In this document: positions 1 through 8,388 of the stretch, one piece after another
Layout of the letters: each line of letters opens with the position of its first letter
Numbering within the stretch: position 1 is the first letter of the stretch
NCBI GenBank assembly: GCA_964523875.1
Contig: CAZGAS010000001.1
Location: forward strand, 1-53,093
Source of the DNA: an uncultured Planctomycetia bacterium
Lineage (GTDB): Bacteria > Omnitrophota > Gorgyraeia > JABMRG01
Length of the DNA stretch: 53,093 bases
Direction of reading: 5' to 3'
Notes under the pieces: model-generated
Told to the model about the DNA's origin: nothing
Database searches by the model: none
What the model saw: only the letters and a program-made list of their open reading frames with translations
Made by a program: the position numbers and the translations under genes

Positions 1-121
1 AGATTAATCTTCAAAAGGACACACTTTTAGTTGCATGATCGAGTCAATTCGTATAGTGATATTTGCTTTACCTGTTATAGTATTTATGTTATAATTATAG
101 CTTATAAAATAGGAGTATAAT

Positions 122-472
122 ATGGAGCGGAGAATTTTTGAAAGGATATCTTTACCTATCAAGCTCTCTTATGAAGTAAAGACGCGGCCTAAGATTACAA
201 AAGAATCTAAAAGCAAGAATATAAGCGGTAATGGTATCTGTATCTCTTTAAGCGAGAGGCTGCTTCCAAAGACAAATCTTTTGATAACAATTGATATAAC
301 CGATAGCGTAAATAATATCAGGTTAAACGGTAGGGTAACATGGAGTAGGAGGGTCGAGATTATAGGAGAGAACAGCCCTTTAGTTTATTATGATACAGGT
401 ATAGAGCTTATTGACGCTGATCCCATTAATATAAATCGCATTATAACATCTTTTTATGGCAAATCTTTCTAA
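122..472 (+). CDS. PilZ domain (c-di-GMP binding) protein
   Basis: 116-aa ORF. N-terminal RRIFER (RxxxR) plus NISGNG (D/NxSxxG) are the two PilZ signature motifs. AGGAG lies 7 nt upstream of the ATG. Confidence 0.7.
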   Translation: MERRIFERISLPIKLSYEVKTRPKITKESKSKNISGNGICISLSERLLPKTNLLITIDITDSVNNIRLNGRVTWSRRVEIIGENSPLVYYDTGIELIDADPININRIITSFYGKSF

Positions 473-679
473 GTTATAGCATGGGGATTGGAAGAATCTC
501 CATACAATCATTATTGGTATGGAATCCTCGAGTTTTGATATTTTGGCGCTAACCTATAATCGGACAACGAGCATTAAAATTAGCCGCACGGACAGGCAAG
601 AAAAGAATTTTATAGCAAGGATCATCTTACCAGGGGGGTCAAAGCTACTCTACCTGGCAATCCCATATTTAGTGTTGAT

Positions 680-1132
680 ATGATTTTTTTTGAACAACTT
701 ATACAAAATAGGGTTTTTATAATAACGGTTATCTGTTGGTTTCTGGCCCAGTTTATAAAGATATCTATCGGTGTGGCAAGGGAGAAGAGATTTAATTTCA
801 AGTGGCTCGTAGGAACAGGCGGCATGCCAAGTTCCCATTGTGCCGGAACAGCGGCTCTTGCTACGACCTTGGGCTTGGAATATGGCTTTGACACAGGTAT
901 TTTTGCTATAGGTTTAGGCTTTGCTATAGTTACAATGTTTGACGCGCAAAGCGCGAGGCGAGCTATCGGTAAACAGGCAGAGGCGCTAAATAAGATGGTT
1001 GAAGATATATATTTTAAAAAGCCTATTAAAGAGGAGAGGTTAGCGGAACTAATAGGGCACACGCCTATACAAGTACTGGCCGGAACCTGCTTAGGGATTA
1101 TTTTTGGGTACTTTTTATATATTTATCTATAA
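680..1132 (+). CDS. divergent PAP2 / DUF212 (YuiD-like) membrane protein
   Basis: 150-aa multi-TM ORF. GGMPSSHCAGTAALAT and MFDAQSARR motifs are typical of the acid phosphatase/vanadium-haloperoxidase-related family. Confidence 0.65.
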   Translation: MIFFEQLIQNRVFIITVICWFLAQFIKISIGVAREKRFNFKWLVGTGGMPSSHCAGTAALATTLGLEYGFDTGIFAIGLGFAIVTMFDAQSARRAIGKQAEALNKMVEDIYFKKPIKEERLAELIGHTPIQVLAGTCLGIIFGYFLYIYL

Positions 1133-1143
1133 AGCGTAAAAGG

Positions 1144-2106
1144 ATGATAGTGAATAAGAACATATTAAAAGCAAGTATTGCGATAGTGCTGATTTTGCTT
1201 ATAGCGCTTATCGTGAAGTTCTCTATAGCAGGTTTTACAGGTATTAAGGGGCCTAAACCTTCTCTAGGTGTTGCTGTTATTCTCCCTCCCGCTGAATCAG
1301 CCCCACTAAAGCAGGCAAGAGCGCTCTTCGCCAAAGGCAATAGGGCGGAGGCTATAAGAACGCTTGACAATATAGCCTCTATTTCTAAAGGCGGCCGTGA
1401 TGGATACGAATCCCTTATTATGCTTGCGGATATATATTATAACGACGCAAACTTTATAAAAGCGAAGGAGCTCTATCTTACGGTTATTAATGAATATCCG
1501 CAGTTTTGTGACTATGCTGATATACAGGAAAAGATTGCCTCGATAAGGATGGCAATCCTATTCTCTAAGATAGTTACTCCTAACAGTGAGTTATATAATG
1601 TAGTACCAGGTGACTCACTTATAAAAATAGCGCATAAATATTCTACAACAGTTGACCTGATAAAGAGAGCCAATGGCCTAAGCTCAAATCGTATCATGCC
1701 AGGTATGAAACTGAAGGTTCAGAATGTTCCGTTTAGCATAATAATTGATAAGTCGCAGTCTGTTCTTACGCTTCTTTTAGATGACGAGGTAATAAAATCA
1801 TATATAGTCTCTACAGGCAAGAATAACTCAACACCAATAGGCACCTTCAAGATACGGGATAAGCTTATCAGGCCTGTATGGTATAATGATGGTGTCGCGG
1901 TGCCAGCTGATAGCCCTGAAAACGTTCTTGGTACTCGATGGATGGGGCTAACTACACAAGAGTCTGGCTATGGTATACATGGTACCATAGAACCGGAAAG
2001 TATCGGTTACCAGTGTACTGATGGGTGTGTCAGGATGAAGAACGAAGAGGTAGAGGAATTATATACGATTGTGCCTGCCGGCACTAGCGTAACTATAGTT
2101 GATTAA
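1144..2106 (+). CDS. LysM domain-containing L,D-transpeptidase (YkuD family)
   Basis: N-terminal TM segment and a TPR-like region. LysM segment YNVVPGDSLIKIAHKY...MPGMKLKV. YkuD catalytic motif GIHGT...GCVRM. Confidence 0.85.
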   Translation: MIVNKNILKASIAIVLILLIALIVKFSIAGFTGIKGPKPSLGVAVILPPAESAPLKQARALFAKGNRAEAIRTLDNIASISKGGRDGYESLIMLADIYYNDANFIKAKELYLTVINEYPQFCDYADIQEKIASIRMAILFSKIVTPNSELYNVVPGDSLIKIAHKYSTTVDLIKRANGLSSNRIMPGMKLKVQNVPFSIIIDKSQSVLTLLLDDEVIKSYIVSTGKNNSTPIGTFKIRDKLIRPVWYNDGVAVPADSPENVLGTRWMGLTTQESGYGIHGTIEPESIGYQCTDGCVRMKNEEVEELYTIVPAGTSVTIVD

Positions 2107-2162
2107 CTCTGCCCTGGAGCAGTTATTTTACCCTATCAATAACAAAGGTTTATAATAATACA

Positions 2163-3134
2163 ATGAATGGAAGCGGACTAGAATTCGAAAAACCTATTTT
2201 GGAGTTAGAGCGCAAGATAGAGGAGCTGAAGAAGTTCACCAGCTCTGAAAATATAGACCTGCATTCTGAGATTGACAGATTAGGGCAGAAGCTTGATAAA
2301 TTAAAACGTGAAATATTTGAAAATCTTACTCCCTGGCAGAGAGTCCAGATAGCGCGGCACCCTCAAAGGCCGTATACCCTCGATTATATCGGTATGATAA
2401 TGCATGATTTTGTAGAGTTACATGGTGATCGCGCTTTTTCAGATGATAAGTCAATGGTCTGCGGATTTGCTTATGTAGATACTCATAAGATACTTGTGAT
2501 AGGCCACCAGAAGGGCAGAGATACTAATGAGAACCTCATGCGTAATTTTGGCAGTTCAAATCCAGAGGGCTATAGAAAAGCGATACGCCTGATGAGGCTC
2601 GCGGAAAAATTTAATGTTCCGATTGTAACATTTATAGACACCCCTGGAGCCTATCCTGGAGTGGGCGCTGAGGAGAGAGGCCAGGCAGAGGCTATAGCTT
2701 ATAATTTACGTGAAATGGTAACCTTGAAGGTACCGATTATAATATTTATTATTGGAGAAGGCGGTAGCGGCGGGGCATTAGGTATAGGCATAGGAGACAG
2801 GGTCTGCGTGATGGAGAATGCCTACTATTCTGTAATATCACCTGAAGGATGCGCGGCTATACTTTGGAAGGACAGGGCAAAAGCGGATAAGGCCGCGAGC
2901 GCTTTAAAACTTACAGCGCATGATCTATTGAATTTTGGTATTATCGATACTATCATACCGGAGCCGCTTGGCGGCGCGCATCGTGACCCTCAAGCTGCCG
3001 GGGAGAACATCAAGAGTTCTATTATTACAAGCATAAGAGATATATCTCGTATGCCGAAAGAAGAGATGCTTGAGCAAAGATATAAGAAATTCCGCAACAT
3101 GGGAAGATTTGTAGACCCCTCGCAGGGGATGTAG
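2163..3134 (+). CDS. accA: acetyl-CoA carboxylase carboxyltransferase subunit alpha
   Basis: Collinear with E. coli AccA as I recall it: ARHPQRPYTLDY, TFIDTPGAYPGVGAEERGQAEAIA, GEGGSGGAL, PEPLGGAHR. Confidence 0.95.
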   Translation: MNGSGLEFEKPILELERKIEELKKFTSSENIDLHSEIDRLGQKLDKLKREIFENLTPWQRVQIARHPQRPYTLDYIGMIMHDFVELHGDRAFSDDKSMVCGFAYVDTHKILVIGHQKGRDTNENLMRNFGSSNPEGYRKAIRLMRLAEKFNVPIVTFIDTPGAYPGVGAEERGQAEAIAYNLREMVTLKVPIIIFIIGEGGSGGALGIGIGDRVCVMENAYYSVISPEGCAAILWKDRAKADKAASALKLTAHDLLNFGIIDTIIPEPLGGAHRDPQAAGENIKSSIITSIRDISRMPKEEMLEQRYKKFRNMGRFVDPSQGM

Positions 3135-3149
3135 AGATTTTATACTAAG

Positions 3150-3569
3150 ATGAATAAAAAATTCTTTATCCCAAGTGACCTCAAAAGGATTAGACAGGCC
3201 GTGGATGAGATTATAATCCTGTTAAGAGGCCTCCATGCAGATGAGTCAGATACTTTCGATATAAGGCTTTGCCTGGAAGAGGCGTTAATAAACGCTATTA
3301 AATATGGCAACAAATTTGACAAGAACCTCGATGTCCTGGTAGAGTGTAGCTGTTCGGAAAACAAGATAAGTATTTCTGTTCAAGACAAGGGCAAGGGGTT
3401 TGATTATAGCAAGATACCGGATCCTACAAAAGAGGAGAACCTGCTTGTAGGCCATGGCAGAGGGGTTTTTCTTATAAAACATCTAATGGATGAGCTTAGG
3501 TTTAATGAAAAAGGCAATCGCCTTACTATGACAAAATATTTAAAAAGAAAGATTTTTAAAAGAGTATAA
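3150..3569 (+). CDS. RsbW/SpoIIAB-like anti-sigma factor serine kinase (single HATPase domain)
   Basis: 139 aa. N-box EEALINAIKYGN, G1 DKGKGF, G2 GHGRGVF. Size and architecture match partner-switching kinases. Confidence 0.7.
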   Translation: MNKKFFIPSDLKRIRQAVDEIIILLRGLHADESDTFDIRLCLEEALINAIKYGNKFDKNLDVLVECSCSENKISISVQDKGKGFDYSKIPDPTKEENLLVGHGRGVFLIKHLMDELRFNEKGNRLTMTKYLKRKIFKRV

Positions 3570-3587
3570 TAAAAGGAGGAGTCCATT

Positions 3588-3920
3588 GTGAAGATATCCC
3601 AGAAGCAGAATAACGATGTAACCATTCTTGATATTAACGGCGATATAGATATTAATTCTTCGCCTGAGATGAGAGAGGCTTTTGAAAATATTGCCAACGC
3701 GAAGACCATGAAGGTTGTTATTAACTTAAACGAGGTCTCATATGTTGATAGTTCTGGTTTAGCTACATTGGTCGAGATGCTTAAAAAGACCAGGTCTTAT
3801 GGTGGTAAAATGCGCCTCGCAAGCCTCGCACCTAAAGTGAAGAGCCTTTTCGAGATAACCAAACTTGAAAAGCTCTTTGACATATTCGATACCGAAGAAG
3901 ATGCCGGCGTTAATTTTTAA
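3588..3920 (+). CDS. STAS domain protein (anti-sigma factor antagonist type)
   Basis: 110 aa, GTG start behind a GGAGGAG RBS. VSYVDSSGL contains the DSSG phosphorylatable-serine motif of SpoIIAA/RsbV. Confidence 0.8.
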   Translation: MKISQKQNNDVTILDINGDIDINSSPEMREAFENIANAKTMKVVINLNEVSYVDSSGLATLVEMLKKTRSYGGKMRLASLAPKVKSLFEITKLEKLFDIFDTEEDAGVNF

Positions 3921-3937
3921 ATAAGAGGGTATACGCA

Positions 3938-4735
3938 ATGTTGAATTTTATAGCTTCAATAGGCAAGACAGTATTATCGACGCTTTCTCAGATAGGCGGA
4001 GTTTTTATTCTTCTAAAGCAGACTCTCTTTTGGATGTTCATAGGCCCCTTTATCAAAAAACCCCTATCGAATAGAAATGTTTTCCAGCAGATGGTATTTG
4101 AAGGCGTAAATAGCCTGCTAATTGTCTTTTTCGTAACCTTTTTTACGGGTATTGTACTGGCCATGCAGAGTGCTTACCAGCTGGCACAGTTAGGCGCGGA
4201 GATGTATGTGGCAAGCCTTGTAGCTGTCGCTATGGCACGAGAGATGGGCCCTGTTCTTACAGCTTTAGTTGTAGCCGGAAGAGTAGGTGCCGCTATTACA
4301 GCGGAACTTGGCAGTATGCAGGTAACAGAGCAGATAGAGGCATTGCAGACACAGGCGCTTAATCCTGTACGTTTTCTTGTAGTACCACGTTTTCTTGCCC
4401 TTATGATAATGTTGCCCTGCCTCACTATCTTAGGGGATATTGCGGGCATGATAGGCGGTTACCTTGTAGGTGTTTTTAGCATCGGTATAAATTCCGGTTT
4501 GTATATAGATATAACATTTCAATTTTTAGCGCTTAAAGATATATACACAGGGCTTATTAAATCTGTTTCTTTCGCAATGATAATCGCGCTTATAGGTTGC
4601 TATATGGGACTGAATACAAAAGGCGGCGCGGAAGGTGTAGGTCGCGCTACTACAGTAAGCGTTGTTGCAAGCTTTATAATGATAATTTTAGCGGATTGTG
4701 TTTTAACAGGTATGTTCTTTTTTAGCCAAATGTAA
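3938..4735 (+). CDS. mlaE: MlaE-type ABC transporter permease (YrbE family)
   Basis: 265-aa polytopic membrane ORF with the MlaE-family core (ARExGPVLTALVVAGRVGAAITAELGSMxVTEQIxAL). Confidence 0.85.
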   Translation: MLNFIASIGKTVLSTLSQIGGVFILLKQTLFWMFIGPFIKKPLSNRNVFQQMVFEGVNSLLIVFFVTFFTGIVLAMQSAYQLAQLGAEMYVASLVAVAMAREMGPVLTALVVAGRVGAAITAELGSMQVTEQIEALQTQALNPVRFLVVPRFLALMIMLPCLTILGDIAGMIGGYLVGVFSIGINSGLYIDITFQFLALKDIYTGLIKSVSFAMIIALIGCYMGLNTKGGAEGVGRATTVSVVASFIMIILADCVLTGMFFFSQM

Positions 4736-4741
4736 ATGAGC

Positions 4742-4775
4742 GCATAACTTACGGAGTGAAACGACGTAAGTTATA
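4742..4775 (+). repeat. 34-nt hairpin repeat, copy 1
   Basis: GCATAACTTACGGAGTGAAACGACGTAAGTTATA, with stem ATAACTTACG/CGTAAGTTAT. Identical to 4832-4865. Confidence 0.9.
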
Positions 4776-4831
4776 TGCGCGAATTTATCCTGAGGATATG
4801 AAATATCCGAAGGATCCAAAAGGTCACCTGA

Positions 4832-4865
4832 GCATAACTTACGGAGTGAAACGACGTAAGTTATA
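4832..4865 (+). repeat. 34-nt hairpin repeat, copy 2
   Basis: Identical 34-mer, 90 nt downstream of copy 1. Confidence 0.9.
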
Positions 4866-4991
4866 AGTGCTAACCCTTCGACTTCGCTCAGGCTGGTTTG
4901 AAGGGTGGTGAGCTTGTCGAACCATTTACCCCATAGTGCCTGCCTGCCTAAGGCGGGAAGCAGGCTCTGGCATAAGATAAGAAGGATAAAA

Positions 4992-5792
4992 ATGGAAAAT
5001 AAAGAAGTTGCTATAGAGATAAAAGGCCTGATAAAGAGTTTTAACGGCCGTGTTGTTCTAAACGGTATTAATCTCAAGGTCTATAAAGGGGAGACCCTTG
5101 TTATCATGGGGGGTAGCGGTTGCGGCAAGTCAACATTACTAAGGCACATGATAGGCACCCATAAACCGGATAGCGGCTCTGTGTTTATAAAAGGCAGTGA
5201 CGTAACAAAGCTTAGTGAGGCAGAATTTGATAAGATAAGAAAGATATATGGTATGGTATTCCAGAATGCCGCTCTTTATGACTCAATGAATGTGGAGGAA
5301 AATATATCCCTCGCGCTTTGTGAACATACCAAACTTGACCCTGATATTATAAATATTATGGTTAAGATGAAGCTTGAGCTTGTTGGATTACGCGGTTTTG
5401 AGAAATTTATGCCAAGTCAGCTATCCGGCGGTATGCGCAGAAGGGTTGGCCTCGCGCGCGCTTTAGCGATGGATCCCGAGCTTGTATTTTATGATGAGCC
5501 TACAGCGGGCCTTGACCCTATAGTAGCAGGTGTCATAGACAAGCTTATTCTTGATTTAAGTAAAAAACTCCAGATTACATCCGTGGTTGTAACACATGAT
5601 ATGAAGAGCGTATTCGCGATAGCCGATAGGATAGTCATGCTTTATGAGGGCAAGATTATAGCGGAAGGCGCTATGGAAGATATAAAACATTCTGATGACC
5701 TGCGTGTTAAGCAATTTGTGACGGGAAGCCCGGAAGGGCCTATACAGTTTTTTCAATCTCGTGACGGATATTTAGATGAACTAACGAAATAG
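4992..5792 (+). CDS. mlaF: MlaF-type ABC transporter ATP-binding protein
   Basis: Walker A GGSGCGKST, signature LSGGMRRR, Walker B LVFYDEPTAGLD. The ORF opens at 4905, but that extension runs through the repeat element. The ATG at 4992 has a GAAGGA RBS and gives the canonical N-terminus. Confidence 0.85.
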   Translation: MENKEVAIEIKGLIKSFNGRVVLNGINLKVYKGETLVIMGGSGCGKSTLLRHMIGTHKPDSGSVFIKGSDVTKLSEAEFDKIRKIYGMVFQNAALYDSMNVEENISLALCEHTKLDPDIINIMVKMKLELVGLRGFEKFMPSQLSGGMRRRVGLARALAMDPELVFYDEPTAGLDPIVAGVIDKLILDLSKKLQITSVVVTHDMKSVFAIADRIVMLYEGKIIAEGAMEDIKHSDDLRVKQFVTGSPEGPIQFFQSRDGYLDELTK

Positions 5793-5804
5793 GAGAATAA
5801 CAAA

Positions 5805-6491
5805 ATGACAAAGGTATTTACAAATGAGGTAAAGACCGGATTTATGGTAATTTTTTGTGTTGCCATACTTGTAGGCTTAACTATTATGGCAGGGAGCTTT
5901 AGTTTTTTTAAGGAGCAGTACGAGATAAAGGTTATATTTACAAATATAGCCGGAGTGCAAAAAGACGCCTCTGTCCGCTTAGGAGGCGTTGAAGTCGGCA
6001 AGGTCAAGAGCATAGACCTTGTTTATACTGAGGAAGGTGATACCAAAATATTTGTTGGGCTTGAATTGGATAGTTACGCAAAATTACGCGAAGGAACAAT
6101 GGCAAGTATTACCACATTAGGGCTTATGGGGGAGACGTATATAGCCTTATCTCCTGGTGACACAGGAGCGCCATTTGTAAAGGCAGGTGCTTCTGTACCC
6201 GGTAAGGACCCTATAAGTATGGATGCTATTATCGAGGAAGCAACCTCTACTATGGAAGTGGCAAAAGAGACGATGAATAATATTAGCAAGCTTACTAACG
6301 ACCTTGACGATGCCCTAACCGGTAATAGAGGTAATATTGATGAGATAATGAACAACCTGCGAAGGAGTACTGAGAACTTTGAGGAGTTCAGCGATGATAT
6401 TAAGCGAAACCCCTGGAAGTTGCTTGTAAAGGGATCTGACAATAAAGAGAACAAGTCCGATAAGAATAAAGGTAAAATAAACAGAAGATGA
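5805..6491 (+). CDS. mlaD: MlaD-type MCE domain protein
   Basis: N-terminal TM helix, then an MCE fold region (VRLGGVEVGKVKSI...). C-terminal coiled/charged tail. Sits immediately after mlaF. Confidence 0.8.
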   Translation: MTKVFTNEVKTGFMVIFCVAILVGLTIMAGSFSFFKEQYEIKVIFTNIAGVQKDASVRLGGVEVGKVKSIDLVYTEEGDTKIFVGLELDSYAKLREGTMASITTLGLMGETYIALSPGDTGAPFVKAGASVPGKDPISMDAIIEEATSTMEVAKETMNNISKLTNDLDDALTGNRGNIDEIMNNLRRSTENFEEFSDDIKRNPWKLLVKGSDNKENKSDKNKGKINRR

Positions 6492-7336
6492 GACAAGCAT
6501 TTATTGTAATTACCCTGTTTCTTGTGTGCCTTATCGTTTTTAGCGTGTCAGCTTATGCGCAGGATGAGGTAAAAATTGTCTATACCAAAGGAAATGTGAA
6601 GCTTCAGCGGTCTTCAGATGATTTCTGGATACTTGCAAAAAAAGGCATGCTCTTAAAAGAGAATGACAAGATAAAGACATTTATAGCCTCAGAAGCTGAG
6701 ATAGCCCTTGACTCGACATTAAAAAATATAGTGAAACTTGATCAAAATACAGAGATTAGTATCGAGGATATTAAGGCAAAGAAATTATCTATGTTAAGCG
6801 GCAAGGTGTTTGTCCTTGTTGAGTCTTTACCATCTGACTCTTCGTTTGAGGTCCGTACCCCGACAGCGGCTGCGGGTGTCGCTGGAAGCGGAATGTCAGT
6901 GGGTACAGATGGCAAAAGTACTACGGTAAGCTGTTTTGAAGATAAGGCCTTTGTCCGCGGCGTTAATATTGACGGCACTCTTATGGCAGAGATAGTTATA
7001 ATAGACAATGGTTTTAAGCGTGTAGTAGGCAGGTTTGAGATGCCAGGTGATGTGATGATGCTTACGGCTCTTGACAGGCAAGGGTGGACACAGTTCCGTG
7101 AGAATCTGCGCGATCATATTGACAGGTTGAGAAACATGCGTGCACAAGGTTCAAGGGGCGCCGCTGTAGCGTTAGAGGAAATACAGAGGATTCAGGAAAG
7201 GGCTAGTGACAGGCTCTTTGATGATAAAGAGAATATCTATGAAGAAAGAGAGCCTGATAGGCGCGACGACTGGGAACCCCCGCCGCCAAGTGGCCGCGAC
7301 GATTCGAGTTCAGGAAGTATAGCAAGCGGGTCGTAA
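6488..7336 (+). CDS. secreted FecR-domain protein
   Basis: Signal peptide ending SAYA-QD. FecR-like beta region (KGNVKLQ...LKENDKIKT...FEVRTPTAAAGVAGSG). Acidic/Pro-rich C-terminus. 4-nt overlap with mlaD. Confidence 0.55.
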   Translation: MRQAFIVITLFLVCLIVFSVSAYAQDEVKIVYTKGNVKLQRSSDDFWILAKKGMLLKENDKIKTFIASEAEIALDSTLKNIVKLDQNTEISIEDIKAKKLSMLSGKVFVLVESLPSDSSFEVRTPTAAAGVAGSGMSVGTDGKSTTVSCFEDKAFVRGVNIDGTLMAEIVIIDNGFKRVVGRFEMPGDVMMLTALDRQGWTQFRENLRDHIDRLRNMRAQGSRGAAVALEEIQRIQERASDRLFDDKENIYEEREPDRRDDWEPPPPSGRDDSSSGSIASGS

Positions 7337-7365
7337 TAACTATTTTTATAAGGAGTTGATTAACC

Positions 7366-8388
7366 TTGCGGAATATAAAGAGATTATTTATAGTGTTTCT
7401 GCTGCTTGTGTCTGCGCTAAAACCTGTTTTTGCCGATGATCAGGATATAGCTGATAAGTACAAGGATTATAAGGTCGCGGAAATAGAATCCTCTTCAAAA
7501 AATATCTACAATCTTGAGGAAAATTTTACATATCACTTCTACGCAGGCGCTCAAGAAGGGTATGACAATAATGTCTTTCTTGATCCCTCAAGAAAAGGTG
7601 ACGTATTTGACCAGGCGATAGCGGATATTGTAGCCTGTTATCGTCTTACCGATAAGGTGGACATAAAAGCGCATTATGATTTTACGTCCATAACCTACCA
7701 TGAGTTTACAACGCTTAGCCTGATAGAGAATGATATATCCGCATCTTTAGAATATTATCCCCGCAAGAGGGTTAAGGTAGAGATGGGTTATGATGTTGAT
7801 TTTATAGACTATTTTAAGAATAAAAGCGGAGATTTTACAACAAACGGCCCATTTGCCGGAATAAAATACTATATTGATAAGAACACTTATGTAGGCGCGG
7901 CGTATCAATACTATTTTTATGATTACAAGCATCGTGACATACGAAACGTCTCTAATAATAAGATAGATACTACAAGAGAGGATCACCGCAATAACGTTGC
8001 CGGAGAGGTTGTTACGCATCTTGGCAAGGTTTTTGTAAAACTAAAGAATATATATTATTTCAATGATTCAAATGACGAATACATGGATTATTATGATTAT
8101 CAGGCTAACAGGGTGAACCTATACACAGCTTATCCTGTGACAAGTAAATTATCAATCCTATTAAGCGGCGGCTATCAGTATAAGGATTTTAAGTCACGCA
8201 CTATAACTACAGATTCGGGTAAGAAAGAGCATGATAATCTTATGACACTAGGCACCGGCATAAATTATACGTTGCTTTCCGCTTTTTACATAAGTGCGAA
8301 CTATACATACAGACAGAATTATTCAAATGACCCCTTGCAGGATTATTCAGGTAGTGTAAGTACTGTCGGGATCAACTATTTTTTCTAA
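7366..8388 (+). CDS. putative outer-membrane beta-barrel protein
   Basis: TTG start and a signal peptide. Tyr/Asn/Asp-rich alternating strands and a C-terminal aromatic ...GINYFF typical of OMP termini. No family recognised. Confidence 0.45.
   Translation: MRNIKRLFIVFLLLVSALKPVFADDQDIADKYKDYKVAEIESSSKNIYNLEENFTYHFYAGAQEGYDNNVFLDPSRKGDVFDQAIADIVACYRLTDKVDIKAHYDFTSITYHEFTTLSLIENDISASLEYYPRKRVKVEMGYDVDFIDYFKNKSGDFTTNGPFAGIKYYIDKNTYVGAAYQYYFYDYKHRDIRNVSNNKIDTTREDHRNNVAGEVVTHLGKVFVKLKNIYYFNDSNDEYMDYYDYQANRVNLYTAYPVTSKLSILLSGGYQYKDFKSRTITTDSGKKEHDNLMTLGTGINYTLLSAFYISANYTYRQNYSNDPLQDYSGSVSTVGINYFF

Noticed and set aside
473-679. 207-nt spacer after the PilZ gene with two adjacent hairpins (ATGGGGAT...ATCTCCAT and CCATAC...GTATGG). 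I scanned it for riboswitch, SRP RNA and c-di-GMP aptamer-like motifs.
   Set aside because: I could not recognise any conserved ncRNA motif by eye. The hairpins plus the following T-rich tract are adequately explained as a terminator for the PilZ gene, followed by a promoter/leader for the next gene.
4742-4865. Possible mini-CRISPR: a 34-nt partially palindromic repeat occurring twice with a 56-nt spacer.
   Set aside because: There are only two repeat copies. The spacer is long for a CRISPR. There are no cas genes or leader in 53 kb. The flanks are built of other repeat modules. A dispersed hairpin (MITE/REP-like) repeat explains it better.
4703-5077. 124-aa minus-strand ORF spanning the mlaE-mlaF spacer.
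   Set aside because: Its sequence contains the translated hairpin repeat twice (ITYVVSLRKLC), so it is an artefact of the repeat element. It also overlaps both flanking real genes antisense.
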